Origin: an uncultured Gammaproteobacteria bacterium | GTDB taxonomy: Bacteria; Patescibacteriota; Microgenomatia; UBA12405 | Direction of reading: 5' to 3' | Assembly (NCBI GenBank): GCA_964448705.1 | Contig: CAYUZS010000002.1 | Coordinates: 49,577-113,576, forward strand | DNA: 64,000 bases | Part shown: positions 49,090 to 57,823 of the stretch, piece after piece | How the letters are laid out: the number at the start of each line of letters is the position of its first letter | How positions within the stretch are numbered: the stretch's first letter is position 1 | Program-made: the position numbers and the translations under genes | The notes under the pieces: generated by a model | Database searches by the model: none | The model's input: the letters and a program-made list of their open reading frames with translations, nothing else | What the model was told of the DNA's origin: nothing

Positions 49090-50449
49090 AAGAAAGATTG
49101 TTACTTGGGCATGGCTCTTGACTTAATGTGACATTTAATTCTGGTTGGTTGTGGAAAAATTTGAGTGCATCACCTGGACCGTAGATAAAGATATGGTCTG
49201 GTTTATCGATATCGCATATCAAAATTGTGTCTGTTTCGAGTGGATGTCGACTGAGACTTTGGTAGGTTGTTTTATTAATACGTCCGCTTGTTTGCCACCA
49301 GATTTTTTATGTTTGGTATAAAGGATCTATGTAGTTTGCAAAGATAATAATGAGGGCAAATGCAGGGATAAAATATTTTTTAATATGTATCTTATCGAAG
49401 AGGTTGTAAACAATTAGTGTTGTGAGTATCGACAAAAAGATGGAAGGGAAGTAGAGGTATAGTTTTTGTTGTCGGTTGGTTAATAATATGACAGGGCCAA
49501 GTGCAAGGATGGCAGCAAACAACAGATAAAGGTATTTTTTATAATTATTCTTGAGAGTATAAATAGCACTAACAATAAAAATAGACAAAGAGGTAAGACC
49601 AATAATAGAATATGAGGTGAAGTCTATACCCGACTCACGAATATTGGTATAAAGATAAAAATAATTAAAGGTTGATTTTATCCAATTAATTGGATTTAGG
49701 CTGGGATAGTATGGATTGGCGTTTTGAAAGTGTTGAAAGTTACTGGACATCCCGAGAAAAATTAGGGAGATTAAGTAGAAAATCATTAAAATAACCGAAG
49801 GATAAATGTATTTCTTATTTTTTGGATTGACTAACAATAGAGAAATTAAAGGTAGAAAGATAATTGATTCTTTAGTTCTGATGGCTAAATAGTAGGTTAT
49901 AAAAAGTAGAATACCTTGGAGAATAGTGTTTATTTTGTTTTTAAGAAGAATAGAAAGAAAGATCAGCGATAAAAATGTTGAAACTAAATCAAAAATAGCA
50001 GATACCCATTGAACAACAAAGGTTGAACGAGGCCAGACTGAAAATAATAGAGTTGATACCAATGCTAAAACATAAGAGTTTTTTATATTAAATTTATTTA
50101 GAATTTTTGTAGATAGAGATAAAAATAGGAAACTGTTGAGGAGGTGGATGAGAAATATCACTATGGAATAGGGCTGGTAATTGTCTGAGAACAAGGAATA
50201 AAGAAGCTTTATAATAATTAGACCAAAAGGTCGGTCGTTATACATTTGTTGTGGCCAAATATGAAACAAAGTGGCAACTGAGTTTTGTTGAACAGTAAGA
50301 AGGTGGGAAAAGTCATCATAAATAAAAAATTGATTGGGGCTGAGCAACCAAGCTTTAAACAATAAGGCAAAAGCAAATATAATTAGAAAATAATAAAAAG
50401 GAATTTTGGCTATTTTCGGTATTGATGAGGAATCCATTTTGCTTTCCAT
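49064..50449 (-). pseudogene. GT-C-like membrane protein interrupted by an in-frame TAA
   Basis: ORF 50449-49307 (YDD, DRP and KE motifs) stops at TAA 49309-49307. The same frame stays open for 80 more codons (KIWWQTSGR...YGPGDALKFFH...) to TAG 49066-49064. Confidence 0.6.
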
Positions 50450-52449
50450 TTAGATTCAAACTTATTTTTATTAACTTTAAATAATTGTTCATATTCAGTA
50501 GAGGGTAGTTCTTTAAATGAAGAACCGCCAAAATGATGAATAAAAACGTCGTCAGCAATCAGAATCTCCAGACCAAGTTTTTTGATTCTTTTACAATAAT
50601 CATCATCTTCAAACATTCCCATACCAAATCTCTCATCAAGATCCCCTACTTTGTTGTAGGTGTGACGACTCATAATCCAACAAAAAGCAGCAATATTGTT
50701 AACATTAAGAGTTTCGCCCCAATGGGCAGAAGTGTAATTAAGAGCGGCACTTTCGAGTTGTGATTGATTATCTGAATCGTAAACAATGTTTATTTTAGCC
50801 TCGTTACCAATAGAATTAGTTACCGGGCCAACCAGACCAACATTTGATTTTTGAACATGAAATAAAAGCCTGGAAATCCATCCGGGAGTAACAATAACAT
50901 CATTGTTTAGCAATATTAAATAGTCACCCGTGGCCGCTTTTAAACCAATGTTATTACCTTTGGCAAAGCCATAATTTTCATTATTAAAAATTATCTTGAA
51001 GTTTGGAAGGTGTTTATACTTGTTAAGTAAAGATTTGGTTTCAGAATCGGAATTGTTGTCTACAATTATTATTTCCATATTAGGATAAAATGAACGATTG
51101 ACGACCGATTCGATAGTTTTTTTTAATAAATCAGGATGATTATAGGAAAGGATAATCACTGATACTTTTGGGAAGAAATGATCTAATGTCTTTTCGATTA
51201 AATCAGTACGTTGAGTCCATGTACTATTTTTAGCAATGGTGATTTTTGATGATGCTTTATCGGGACTTTTAAGAGCAAGTGAAATTTTATCAGAAAAGTT
51301 ATTAGAGCTGGAAAAAAATATATTATCAGAAAATGGAATCAATTCCGGAAGTTTTGTTGAGACCACTTTTTTACCGGCAGAAAAATATTCATAAATTTTA
51401 ACCGGATTGGTTGCCTTGATAAGTGGGGTAAGTAAAAAAGGAATTAAAGCAACATCAAATTGATTTAAATATTTTGGAATTTCTGAATATGGTTTCTCTC
51501 CTAAAAGGAAAAGATTTTTATATTTTAGTTTAGTAACTTCCTGATTCTCTATCTTTCCAATAAAGACAAATGATTTATCAGGGTGTTTTGACAACGAGTC
51601 CTCTATTGCTTTTAAATCTAACCAATGAGATATGGCTCCGTAATAACCAATTATCGGATGTTTAATATTTTTTATATCTTCAGGAATTGTTTTTTGAGGA
51701 GAGTTGAAATGAACAAAATCGACTCCGTTGGGGACCAGTATTGTTTTTTGAGGCTGATTGATTTTATTTTCTAAAAATTTTGATGTGACAATTACCTTAT
51801 TTGATTTATTAACCAGTTCTTTTTCTATAGTATCGATATTTTTGGCTGAATCTTTAAAACCAGAATGATTATCCATACAATCGTAAATAAAAGGTATAGA
51901 TAAGTTATCAACTATAAAGCCCCAGAATGGATGGTCTATTTTACCTATAGGATTGGTAATATGGGCTTGTTTTATTAAATTCTTAATAGAAGCAATGATT
52001 ATTTTTTGGTCAGAGGAGGAAGGTTTTTCCTGATAGATAAATAATTCTCGTGAGGCAGAAATAATAATTTGATAAATGTTCTTATTTTTTTTGATTACTT
52101 GTATTGGAGCAAATTTACTATTTGGGTTGGGATGAGAAAGAAATTCGTGTTCAATATAAAAAACTCGGTGACCATTTTTAGCTAGTTCGTGAGAAATTTG
52201 TTGAGGTCTTTGATATCTTAAGTCCCAGGAAATTACACTAAAATTAATAATATCAGCTTTATTTGAATTATTGTTTTCCCATTCTGTTTTTATATCTGAA
52301 GGGATAATTTCTTTGGCCGGGACTAAAAACTTTCCAATATATGACTTGATCTTTTTACGACTAGCGATAGGAATGATGGTTTTAATGGCATTTTCTAAAT
52401 TAGTCGGAATATTAAATTTTCTAAAAATGCTGTTGTGATCTCTAGTCAT
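50410..52449 (-). CDS. Bifunctional glycosyltransferase (GT-B/GT4-like plus GT2)
   Basis: N-terminal half QRPQQ, YDCMD, NPVKIYEY; C-terminal half VSVIILSYN, LLNND, GLVGP, FEDDDYC. Confidence 0.88.
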   Translation of the reverse strand: MTRDHNSIFRKFNIPTNLENAIKTIIPIASRKKIKSYIGKFLVPAKEIIPSDIKTEWENNNSNKADIINFSVISWDLRYQRPQQISHELAKNGHRVFYIEHEFLSHPNPNSKFAPIQVIKKNKNIYQIIISASRELFIYQEKPSSSDQKIIIASIKNLIKQAHITNPIGKIDHPFWGFIVDNLSIPFIYDCMDNHSGFKDSAKNIDTIEKELVNKSNKVIVTSKFLENKINQPQKTILVPNGVDFVHFNSPQKTIPEDIKNIKHPIIGYYGAISHWLDLKAIEDSLSKHPDKSFVFIGKIENQEVTKLKYKNLFLLGEKPYSEIPKYLNQFDVALIPFLLTPLIKATNPVKIYEYFSAGKKVVSTKLPELIPFSDNIFFSSSNNFSDKISLALKSPDKASSKITIAKNSTWTQRTDLIEKTLDHFFPKVSVIILSYNHPDLLKKTIESVVNRSFYPNMEIIIVDNNSDSETKSLLNKYKHLPNFKIIFNNENYGFAKGNNIGLKAATGDYLILLNNDVIVTPGWISRLLFHVQKSNVGLVGPVTNSIGNEAKINIVYDSDNQSQLESAALNYTSAHWGETLNVNNIAAFCWIMSRHTYNKVGDLDERFGMGMFEDDDYCKRIKKLGLEILIADDVFIHHFGGSSFKELPSTEYEQLFKVNKNKFESKWKAKWIPHQYRK

Positions 52450-53182
52450 GTTTTATCTTGCTGTACTTAGAAATGACCTTAGCCGGTTCACCATCAGAAA
52501 TGATTTTTGAATGATTAAGATAGATAACCCTGGTGCAGAAATCTTCGACTTGTTTTAAATTGTGGGAGACAAAAAGGATAGTGACATTTTGGTCCTTTTT
52601 AAACTCCTCCATTTTCCGGAAACATTTGTCCTGGAAGGCAGTGTCGCCGACAGCTAATATTTCATCAACAATAAGGATTTCCGGTCTAACGTGAATAGCA
52701 ATGGAAAAACCGAGACGCATATACATACCGGAAGAATAATGTTTTACCGGCTGATTAATAAAATCCTCTAACTCGGCGAATTTGATAATATCGTCCAACT
52801 GTCGCTCGATTTCTTTTCTTTTTAATCCCAGAATGGCGCCGTTGAGATAAATGTTTTCCCGGCCGGTTAGTTCGGGGTGAAAACCAGCACCTAGTTCGAT
52901 TAAGGGAGAAACTTTACCTTCGACGGTTACTTTACCTCGGGAGGGAGACATAACACCGGCGACCAGCTTGAGTATAGTGGATTTACCTGAACCGTTGGGG
53001 CCTATAATTCCAACCACCTCCCCTTTCTTGATTTCAAATGAAATATCGGAAAGAGCGGTGAAATTATTTTTGGTTTGTTCACCCATAAACAATGCCGGCA
53101 AAAATTCTTTAAAAGTCTTTTGATTTTGAAGACTAAAATTTTTGGTAACGTGTTGGAATTTTATAACGGTGTTGTTTGACAT
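52442..53182 (-). CDS. wzt: Polysaccharide ABC exporter ATPase
   Basis: GPNGSGKST, GAGFHPELTGREN, YSSGMYMRL, VDEILAVGD. Confidence 0.93.
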   Translation of the reverse strand: MSNNTVIKFQHVTKNFSLQNQKTFKEFLPALFMGEQTKNNFTALSDISFEIKKGEVVGIIGPNGSGKSTILKLVAGVMSPSRGKVTVEGKVSPLIELGAGFHPELTGRENIYLNGAILGLKRKEIERQLDDIIKFAELEDFINQPVKHYSSGMYMRLGFSIAIHVRPEILIVDEILAVGDTAFQDKCFRKMEEFKKDQNVTILFVSHNLKQVEDFCTRVIYLNHSKIISDGEPAKVISKYSKIKHD

Positions 53183-53204
53183 GATTTGGTTTATTTTATA
53201 TAAT
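53176..53204 (+). promoter_or_regulatory. Consensus sigma70 promoter firing antisense into the NYN gene 3' end
   Basis: TTGACA (53176-53181), 17-bp spacer, TATAAT (53199-53204). The -35 overlaps the wzt start codon on the opposite strand. Confidence 0.7.
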
Positions 53205-53209
53205 AACTC

Positions 53210-53267
53210 ATCACGATGACTGGACTAGCCTAAGGTTTCGACCGACCGCGAATGCCAGTCTTTTTTT
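53210..53267 (+). ncRNA. Putative ~57-nt structured small RNA antisense to the NYN nuclease gene
   Basis: AUCACGAU-GACUGG-ACUAGCCUAA-GGU-UUCG-ACC-GACCGCGAAUG-CCAGUC-UUUUUUU: outer 6-bp stem, UUCG-capped inner hairpin and U7 tail, directly after a consensus promoter. Confidence 0.6.
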
Positions 53268-53760
53268 GTGCTAATGAATTTTTAAGCAAATCGATACGGG
53301 AAATTAGGTTATAGGCATTGAAATGTCGAAGTAGACTGGAATACCTAGCTGTGGGGGCGAGAACTTTTAGTAGTTTTTCTTTTTTTGATAGATATTCGAT
53401 GAGACAATGGAAGTCGCCATCACCACTGACTATAACCGCTTTTTGATAGTGATTAAGATGAATCATGGTATGGAGTACCAGTTCAGCATCAACATTACCT
53501 TTGACAGTCATTTTTCCATCGACTTTGTGTTCAAGAGTCGGTTTAAAAATTAGAATATACCCACTTTCCTGGAGAAAAGTGTAGAGGCTTTCATTACCTG
53601 CAAGTTGTCCAATGAATAAGTATGCTTTTTTAACATGATATTTATTATTTAAGTATTGTCTGAACTTGCGCCAATCAAGTTTCCACCCCTGACTTTTTAC
53701 TCCTAGATTAAGATTCTGGCTGTCGATAAAGGCGTAGTTTGTCGGTATAGTTGATTTCAT
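53230..53760 (-). CDS. NYN/LabA/DUF88 (PIN-like) ribonuclease
   Basis: AFIDSQNL, KGNVDAELV and VSGDGDF carry the conserved acidic residues; basic tail KKTGIRGRSKP. Confidence 0.88.
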   Translation of the reverse strand: MKSTIPTNYAFIDSQNLNLGVKSQGWKLDWRKFRQYLNNKYHVKKAYLFIGQLAGNESLYTFLQESGYILIFKPTLEHKVDGKMTVKGNVDAELVLHTMIHLNHYQKAVIVSGDGDFHCLIEYLSKKEKLLKVLAPTARYSSLLRHFNAYNLISRIDLLKNSLAQKKTGIRGRSKP

Positions 53761-53761
53761 T

Positions 53762-54562
53762 CTAAATATTGTCGGCGAAGATTTTTTCGCGGGATTTAAA
53801 ATAACTTAAGCCGACAAACAAAATTATAAGAGAGACAGCCAAGGCAATTAGAAGACTAAGGTAATTGGGAACACCGCCGCCGAGGATAGTTTGGCGATAG
53901 GCATTAATAATGACAGCCATGGGGTTTAGCTGAAAAATAATTCTATATTTATCGGGAACAATATCTGCCGGATAAATAACCGGAGTGGCATACATCCAAA
54001 GAACGAGCAGTAAATTCAGGAGATATTGGATATCGCGATAGAGAAGATTGGCAGCAGCAAAAAATAAAGACAAACCAATAGTAAAAATTTGTTGGATAAA
54101 AAATATAGGTATTATCCATAAGATGTTTAAAGTTATTGGTATTTGAAAGGCAATCATATAAACAATCAGAATTAACGAGGCAAATAAAAAGTCGACGATT
54201 TTGGCAAGAATCGTAGAAATAACCAGGATGGTTCGAGGAAAATAAACTTTAGTGATTAATGATGAAGAGTTGACCAGAGAACTGGTGGATGATGAAAGTG
54301 AGTTGGCAAAGAGATTCCATGGCAGCAGAGCTGTGAATAAAAAGACGGAATAAGGAATATTTCCGGCAGAATTAGTAGGGATACGGAGAATTATGGAAAA
54401 GGCAAAACTCATGACTAACATTTGGGCAAGAGGATTCAATATTACCCAAAAATAGCCAAGAACAGACTGTTTGTATCTGGCTTTGACCTCGCGGCCAACC
54501 ATCTGCCAAAGAAGCTCCCGCCATTTGATGATGAGGCTGAATTCTTTGATAATATGGACCAT
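53762..54562 (-). CDS. wzm: Polysaccharide ABC exporter permease
   Basis: REVKARYKQSVLGYFWVILNPL, LITKVYFPR, YRD, YATPVIYP, LNPM, FADNI. Start reassigned to ATG 54562. Confidence 0.92.
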   Translation of the reverse strand: MVHIIKEFSLIIKWRELLWQMVGREVKARYKQSVLGYFWVILNPLAQMLVMSFAFSIILRIPTNSAGNIPYSVFLFTALLPWNLFANSLSSSTSSLVNSSSLITKVYFPRTILVISTILAKIVDFLFASLILIVYMIAFQIPITLNILWIIPIFFIQQIFTIGLSLFFAAANLLYRDIQYLLNLLLVLWMYATPVIYPADIVPDKYRIIFQLNPMAVIINAYRQTILGGGVPNYLSLLIALAVSLIILFVGLSYFKSREKIFADNI

Positions 54563-54608
54563 ATGGTTATTATACATATTTTGGGAAGTGGTATGATATT
54601 GAAAAGAG

Positions 54609-55589
54609 ATGAGAACGGAGACGATGATCTGTACAATCGGCGGTGGTTCGGGAATGCCGGTGATTAACAAATCACTGGTAGAAGCAGGATTTAATAATAT
54701 TCACTCGATAGTAACTACTTTTGACAGCGGCGGTGACACCGGAAGAATGAGAACAGATGAAAGGGGCGGCATACTGGCTTTTTCTGATTATTGGCGGTCG
54801 CTGATATCCTTGTGGAAAGACGGAAAAAGAAAAGAAAATTGGGAAGAGATGTTGAGATTTCGGGACGGGAGAGGAAGAAACTTTGGCAATATATTTTTTC
54901 AATTTATGTCGGAAAGAGTTGGTGATTTGTCTAATGTCGACAAATTGTTTTCTTTATTGACCGGATCGAAATTAAGTGGTGAAGTAGTTCCTGTTTCCAC
55001 TAAACCGGCTAATGTTTGTTTTGAAACGATCAGTGGGAAACGATATTGCGGTGAGCATTTTATGGACAGCTTAAGAATGTCCAGAGATATGGTAAAAAAA
55101 GTTTGGCTGGAGCCGGAGGTGAGGGCAAATAGCGAGGCAGTAGAGGTTATTCTGAAGTCGGAAGTAATAATTTTTTGTCCGGGAAGTTTATACGGCAGTG
55201 TGCTGACAAATTTACTGCCAAAGGGAATTAAAGAAGCTTACGGCCAATCTAAAGCGAAAAAAGTATTGATGACGAATATAATGTCGGTGTCCAATGAAAG
55301 CAACGATTTTTCCCAGGTCGATTATGTTAACGTTTTTGCGAAAGAACTTGGACAGAAATCACCTTTCGATTTGGTAGTGATGGTGGATTTAGATAAACTG
55401 GACAGGCAAAAAATGAATAAAATTCTGAAATTTTATGAAATGGAGAATTCTTTTCCTCTAAAATATTCCAAAAAAGAGACTTCTTATGAAACAACAGTGG
55501 CTGATATTGGGAAAATTGAAGAGGTAAATATGAGATTGAGACATAGTGAAGAAAAATTGGGACTTTTTTTTAGAGATTTGAAATTTTGA
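54609..55589 (+). CDS. YvcK/GlmR (UPF0052, CofD-like) protein
   Basis: IGGGSG, VTTFDSGGDTGRMR, NFGN, PGSLYGSVLTNLL, C-terminal RH. Confidence 0.82.
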   Translation: MRTETMICTIGGGSGMPVINKSLVEAGFNNIHSIVTTFDSGGDTGRMRTDERGGILAFSDYWRSLISLWKDGKRKENWEEMLRFRDGRGRNFGNIFFQFMSERVGDLSNVDKLFSLLTGSKLSGEVVPVSTKPANVCFETISGKRYCGEHFMDSLRMSRDMVKKVWLEPEVRANSEAVEVILKSEVIIFCPGSLYGSVLTNLLPKGIKEAYGQSKAKKVLMTNIMSVSNESNDFSQVDYVNVFAKELGQKSPFDLVVMVDLDKLDRQKMNKILKFYEMENSFPLKYSKKETSYETTVADIGKIEEVNMRLRHSEEKLGLFFRDLKF

Positions 55590-56311
55590 TGATAGTTGGT
55601 ATTACCGGCTCCAATGGGTTTATTGGCAGAAAATTGGTTTCTTATTTACGTCAGAAAGGAATTGAGGTAGCTGCAGGAACTAGAGAAAATGCTGATGTTA
55701 CCGATAAAGAGAAGGTAGACAAATTTGTTAAAGAGGTTAAGATAATTGTTCATTTGGCAGCATATCAAAATGTGTTTGATGACAGTTATAATAAATTTGA
55801 AGCAGTAACGGTTTTGGGAAGTAAAAATGTCTTAGAAGCAGCCAAAAAATATAATAAAAAAGTGATTCTGTTTTCCAGTGAAGTAGTTTTTGGAAACAAA
55901 AGTGATTTTTATACAAAATCAAAAAAAGCTCAGGTAAGATTGGCAAAAAAATATAAGCAGGTAGAGATTGTGTATCCACCGGTGGTGATAGATTTTAAAC
56001 AAAAAAAGAAATGGTGGCAGCTAACATATGGAGGAGTAATGATGATGGCCGGAGATAGAAACAAAAATATCAACTACATAGATATGGAAGATTTGTGCAG
56101 ATTTGTTTATGAAAAAATCACTTCAAATACAAAAACAAGACTGCCGATAAAAACTTTAACAAAAACAGAATTTTTGAAAAAAATGAAAAAAGAAATCGGT
56201 GGGTGGCAGCTGCCGTTTAGAATTTCTAAGCAGGGACTAAAAGGATTGAATCTTGTTTTAAATCACACAAAATACGGAAGACTGATAGAATCAATATTAG
56301 AAAATGAGTAA
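55586..56311 (+). CDS. Short NAD-dependent epimerase/dehydratase (extended SDR)
   Basis: ITGSNGFIG, VHLAA, FSS, YTKSK (YxxxK). Confidence 0.78.
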   Translation: MMIVGITGSNGFIGRKLVSYLRQKGIEVAAGTRENADVTDKEKVDKFVKEVKIIVHLAAYQNVFDDSYNKFEAVTVLGSKNVLEAAKKYNKKVILFSSEVVFGNKSDFYTKSKKAQVRLAKKYKQVEIVYPPVVIDFKQKKKWWQLTYGGVMMMAGDRNKNINYIDMEDLCRFVYEKITSNTKTRLPIKTLTKTEFLKKMKKEIGGWQLPFRISKQGLKGLNLVLNHTKYGRLIESILENE

Positions 56312-57806
56312 AAAGAAACAGATAAGAGTGATGCTGATTCATCCGCCGGGAACAGTTTACGGATCGGGAATCCTGGGGCCGAGTATACCAATGGGTTTGT
56401 TGTTTATTTCTTCGTATTTAAAAAGCAAAGGAGTGGAAGTTAAATTTTTGGATGCTTTGGCCGGTGACAGTAAAAGGATGATACGAAACGGTCGAGGGCG
56501 ACGATATGGGATGAGCAAAAGAAGAATTTATAAAGCAATAAAAGAATTTAATCCGGAGGTAGTGGGTATTGGCTGTATGTTTACTGCTTACTATAATGAT
56601 GTGGCGGAAATAGCTGAAATTGTGAAATCGGTTAACAAAAAAATCAGAGTAGTGGTGGGAGGGTCTCATGTCAGTGTTGATCCGGAAGGAGTTTTGAAAT
56701 GCAGAAATATTGATGTAGCAGTATTTGGCGAAGGTGAGATAACTATGATGGAGTTATTAAGCAGACGCAAATTGGAAAACATTAAAGGAATAGCCTACAG
56801 AGAGGGAAGAAAAATTATAAAAAATGAACAAAGGGAATTAATTAAAAACCTGGACAGTTTACCGATGGCAGACTGGGAGTCATTGAAAATTGATGAATAT
56901 ATAATGGGAAGCAGTTTTAATATGAGAAAGCCGGTTTATCCGTTAATTTCTTCCAGGGGCTGTCCGGGACATTGTTTATATTGTTCTGTAAATGCAGTAT
57001 GGCATCACTGCTGGCGGGGAAGGAGTCCGGAAAATGTAGTTGATGAAATGGAATATTTAATAAAAAACTATGGAGCAAGGGAGTTTGCTTTTCAGGATGA
57101 TAGTGTTTCTGTGGATAGAATCAGATTTGAAAAAATCTGCGATGAAATAATTAAAAGAAAATTAGATATTAAATGGACAACTCCTAACGGAATTGCCCAC
57201 TGGACTTTAACAAAACCTATTTTGAAGAAAATGAAACAAGCCGGCTGCTATCGGATTACTTTTGGGATAGAATCCGGTGACCCGGAGATGAGAAGATGGG
57301 TAGGAAAACCGTATAGCTTAGAACAGGCAAAAGAATTAACTAAATATGCGAACAGTTTGGGTTTTTGGACATTGGCAACAAACATAGTCGGTTTTCCGTA
57401 TGAAACTATGGATAATCTGAAAAATACCCTTGACTTTGCGATTAAGTCAGATGTCGATTTGGCTTTCTTTTTTCGTTTAAGTTTAAGACCCGGAACGGAA
57501 ATTTATAAAATTTTTGAAAAAGAAAAATGGCTGATAAAAGACAAAAAGTTTATGTTTTCAGAAAATGCCACTTTCAGAACGAAATATTTTACCGGCGAGG
57601 AGGTGGTGGCGATTCAAAATAAATTGTACCGGTCTTTTTTGATACGCAGATGGCTGACTCCCAAAAGTATTTTTAGAGTGATTAATAAATTTAGAAGTTG
57701 GGAAGACGTTCGATATATTCTGCACATTGCGCTGGTAGGTATTAAACTGAATTTTAAATTGTTGATAAACCGAAAAGAGGTAACTTCAGGGGTTTTAAAA
57801 GTTTAG
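56304..57806 (+). CDS. Cobalamin-binding radical SAM protein
   Basis: PMGLLFI, VVGGSH, GEGE, SSRGCPGHCLYC (CxxxCxxC), FGIESG. Confidence 0.88.
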   Translation: MSKKKQIRVMLIHPPGTVYGSGILGPSIPMGLLFISSYLKSKGVEVKFLDALAGDSKRMIRNGRGRRYGMSKRRIYKAIKEFNPEVVGIGCMFTAYYNDVAEIAEIVKSVNKKIRVVVGGSHVSVDPEGVLKCRNIDVAVFGEGEITMMELLSRRKLENIKGIAYREGRKIIKNEQRELIKNLDSLPMADWESLKIDEYIMGSSFNMRKPVYPLISSRGCPGHCLYCSVNAVWHHCWRGRSPENVVDEMEYLIKNYGAREFAFQDDSVSVDRIRFEKICDEIIKRKLDIKWTTPNGIAHWTLTKPILKKMKQAGCYRITFGIESGDPEMRRWVGKPYSLEQAKELTKYANSLGFWTLATNIVGFPYETMDNLKNTLDFAIKSDVDLAFFFRLSLRPGTEIYKIFEKEKWLIKDKKFMFSENATFRTKYFTGEEVVAIQNKLYRSFLIRRWLTPKSIFRVINKFRSWEDVRYILHIALVGIKLNFKLLINRKEVTSGVLKV

Positions 57807-57823
57807 TTGTGCTAAAATTTGGA

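Noticed and set aside
49307-49309. Stop-codon reassignment (alternative genetic code)
   Set aside because: TAA, TAG and TGA all terminate intact conserved genes in this window; this is an isolated case.
53210-53267. Hairpin as the ordinary terminator of the NYN gene, or as a known riboswitch (c-di-GMP, SAM, preQ1)
   Set aside because: The U-tract is on the + strand, opposite to NYN, and a minus-strand terminator would cut wzt off from wzm. I could not match the sequence to a riboswitch consensus, and no + strand gene lies downstream to be regulated.
54563-54670. Long N-terminal extensions in the ORF track (wzm to 54670, GT4 to 62015, NlpC/P60 to 3422)
   Set aside because: They overlap neighbouring genes; downstream ATGs match the family N-termini and, for wzm and the GT4, follow a -10 box.
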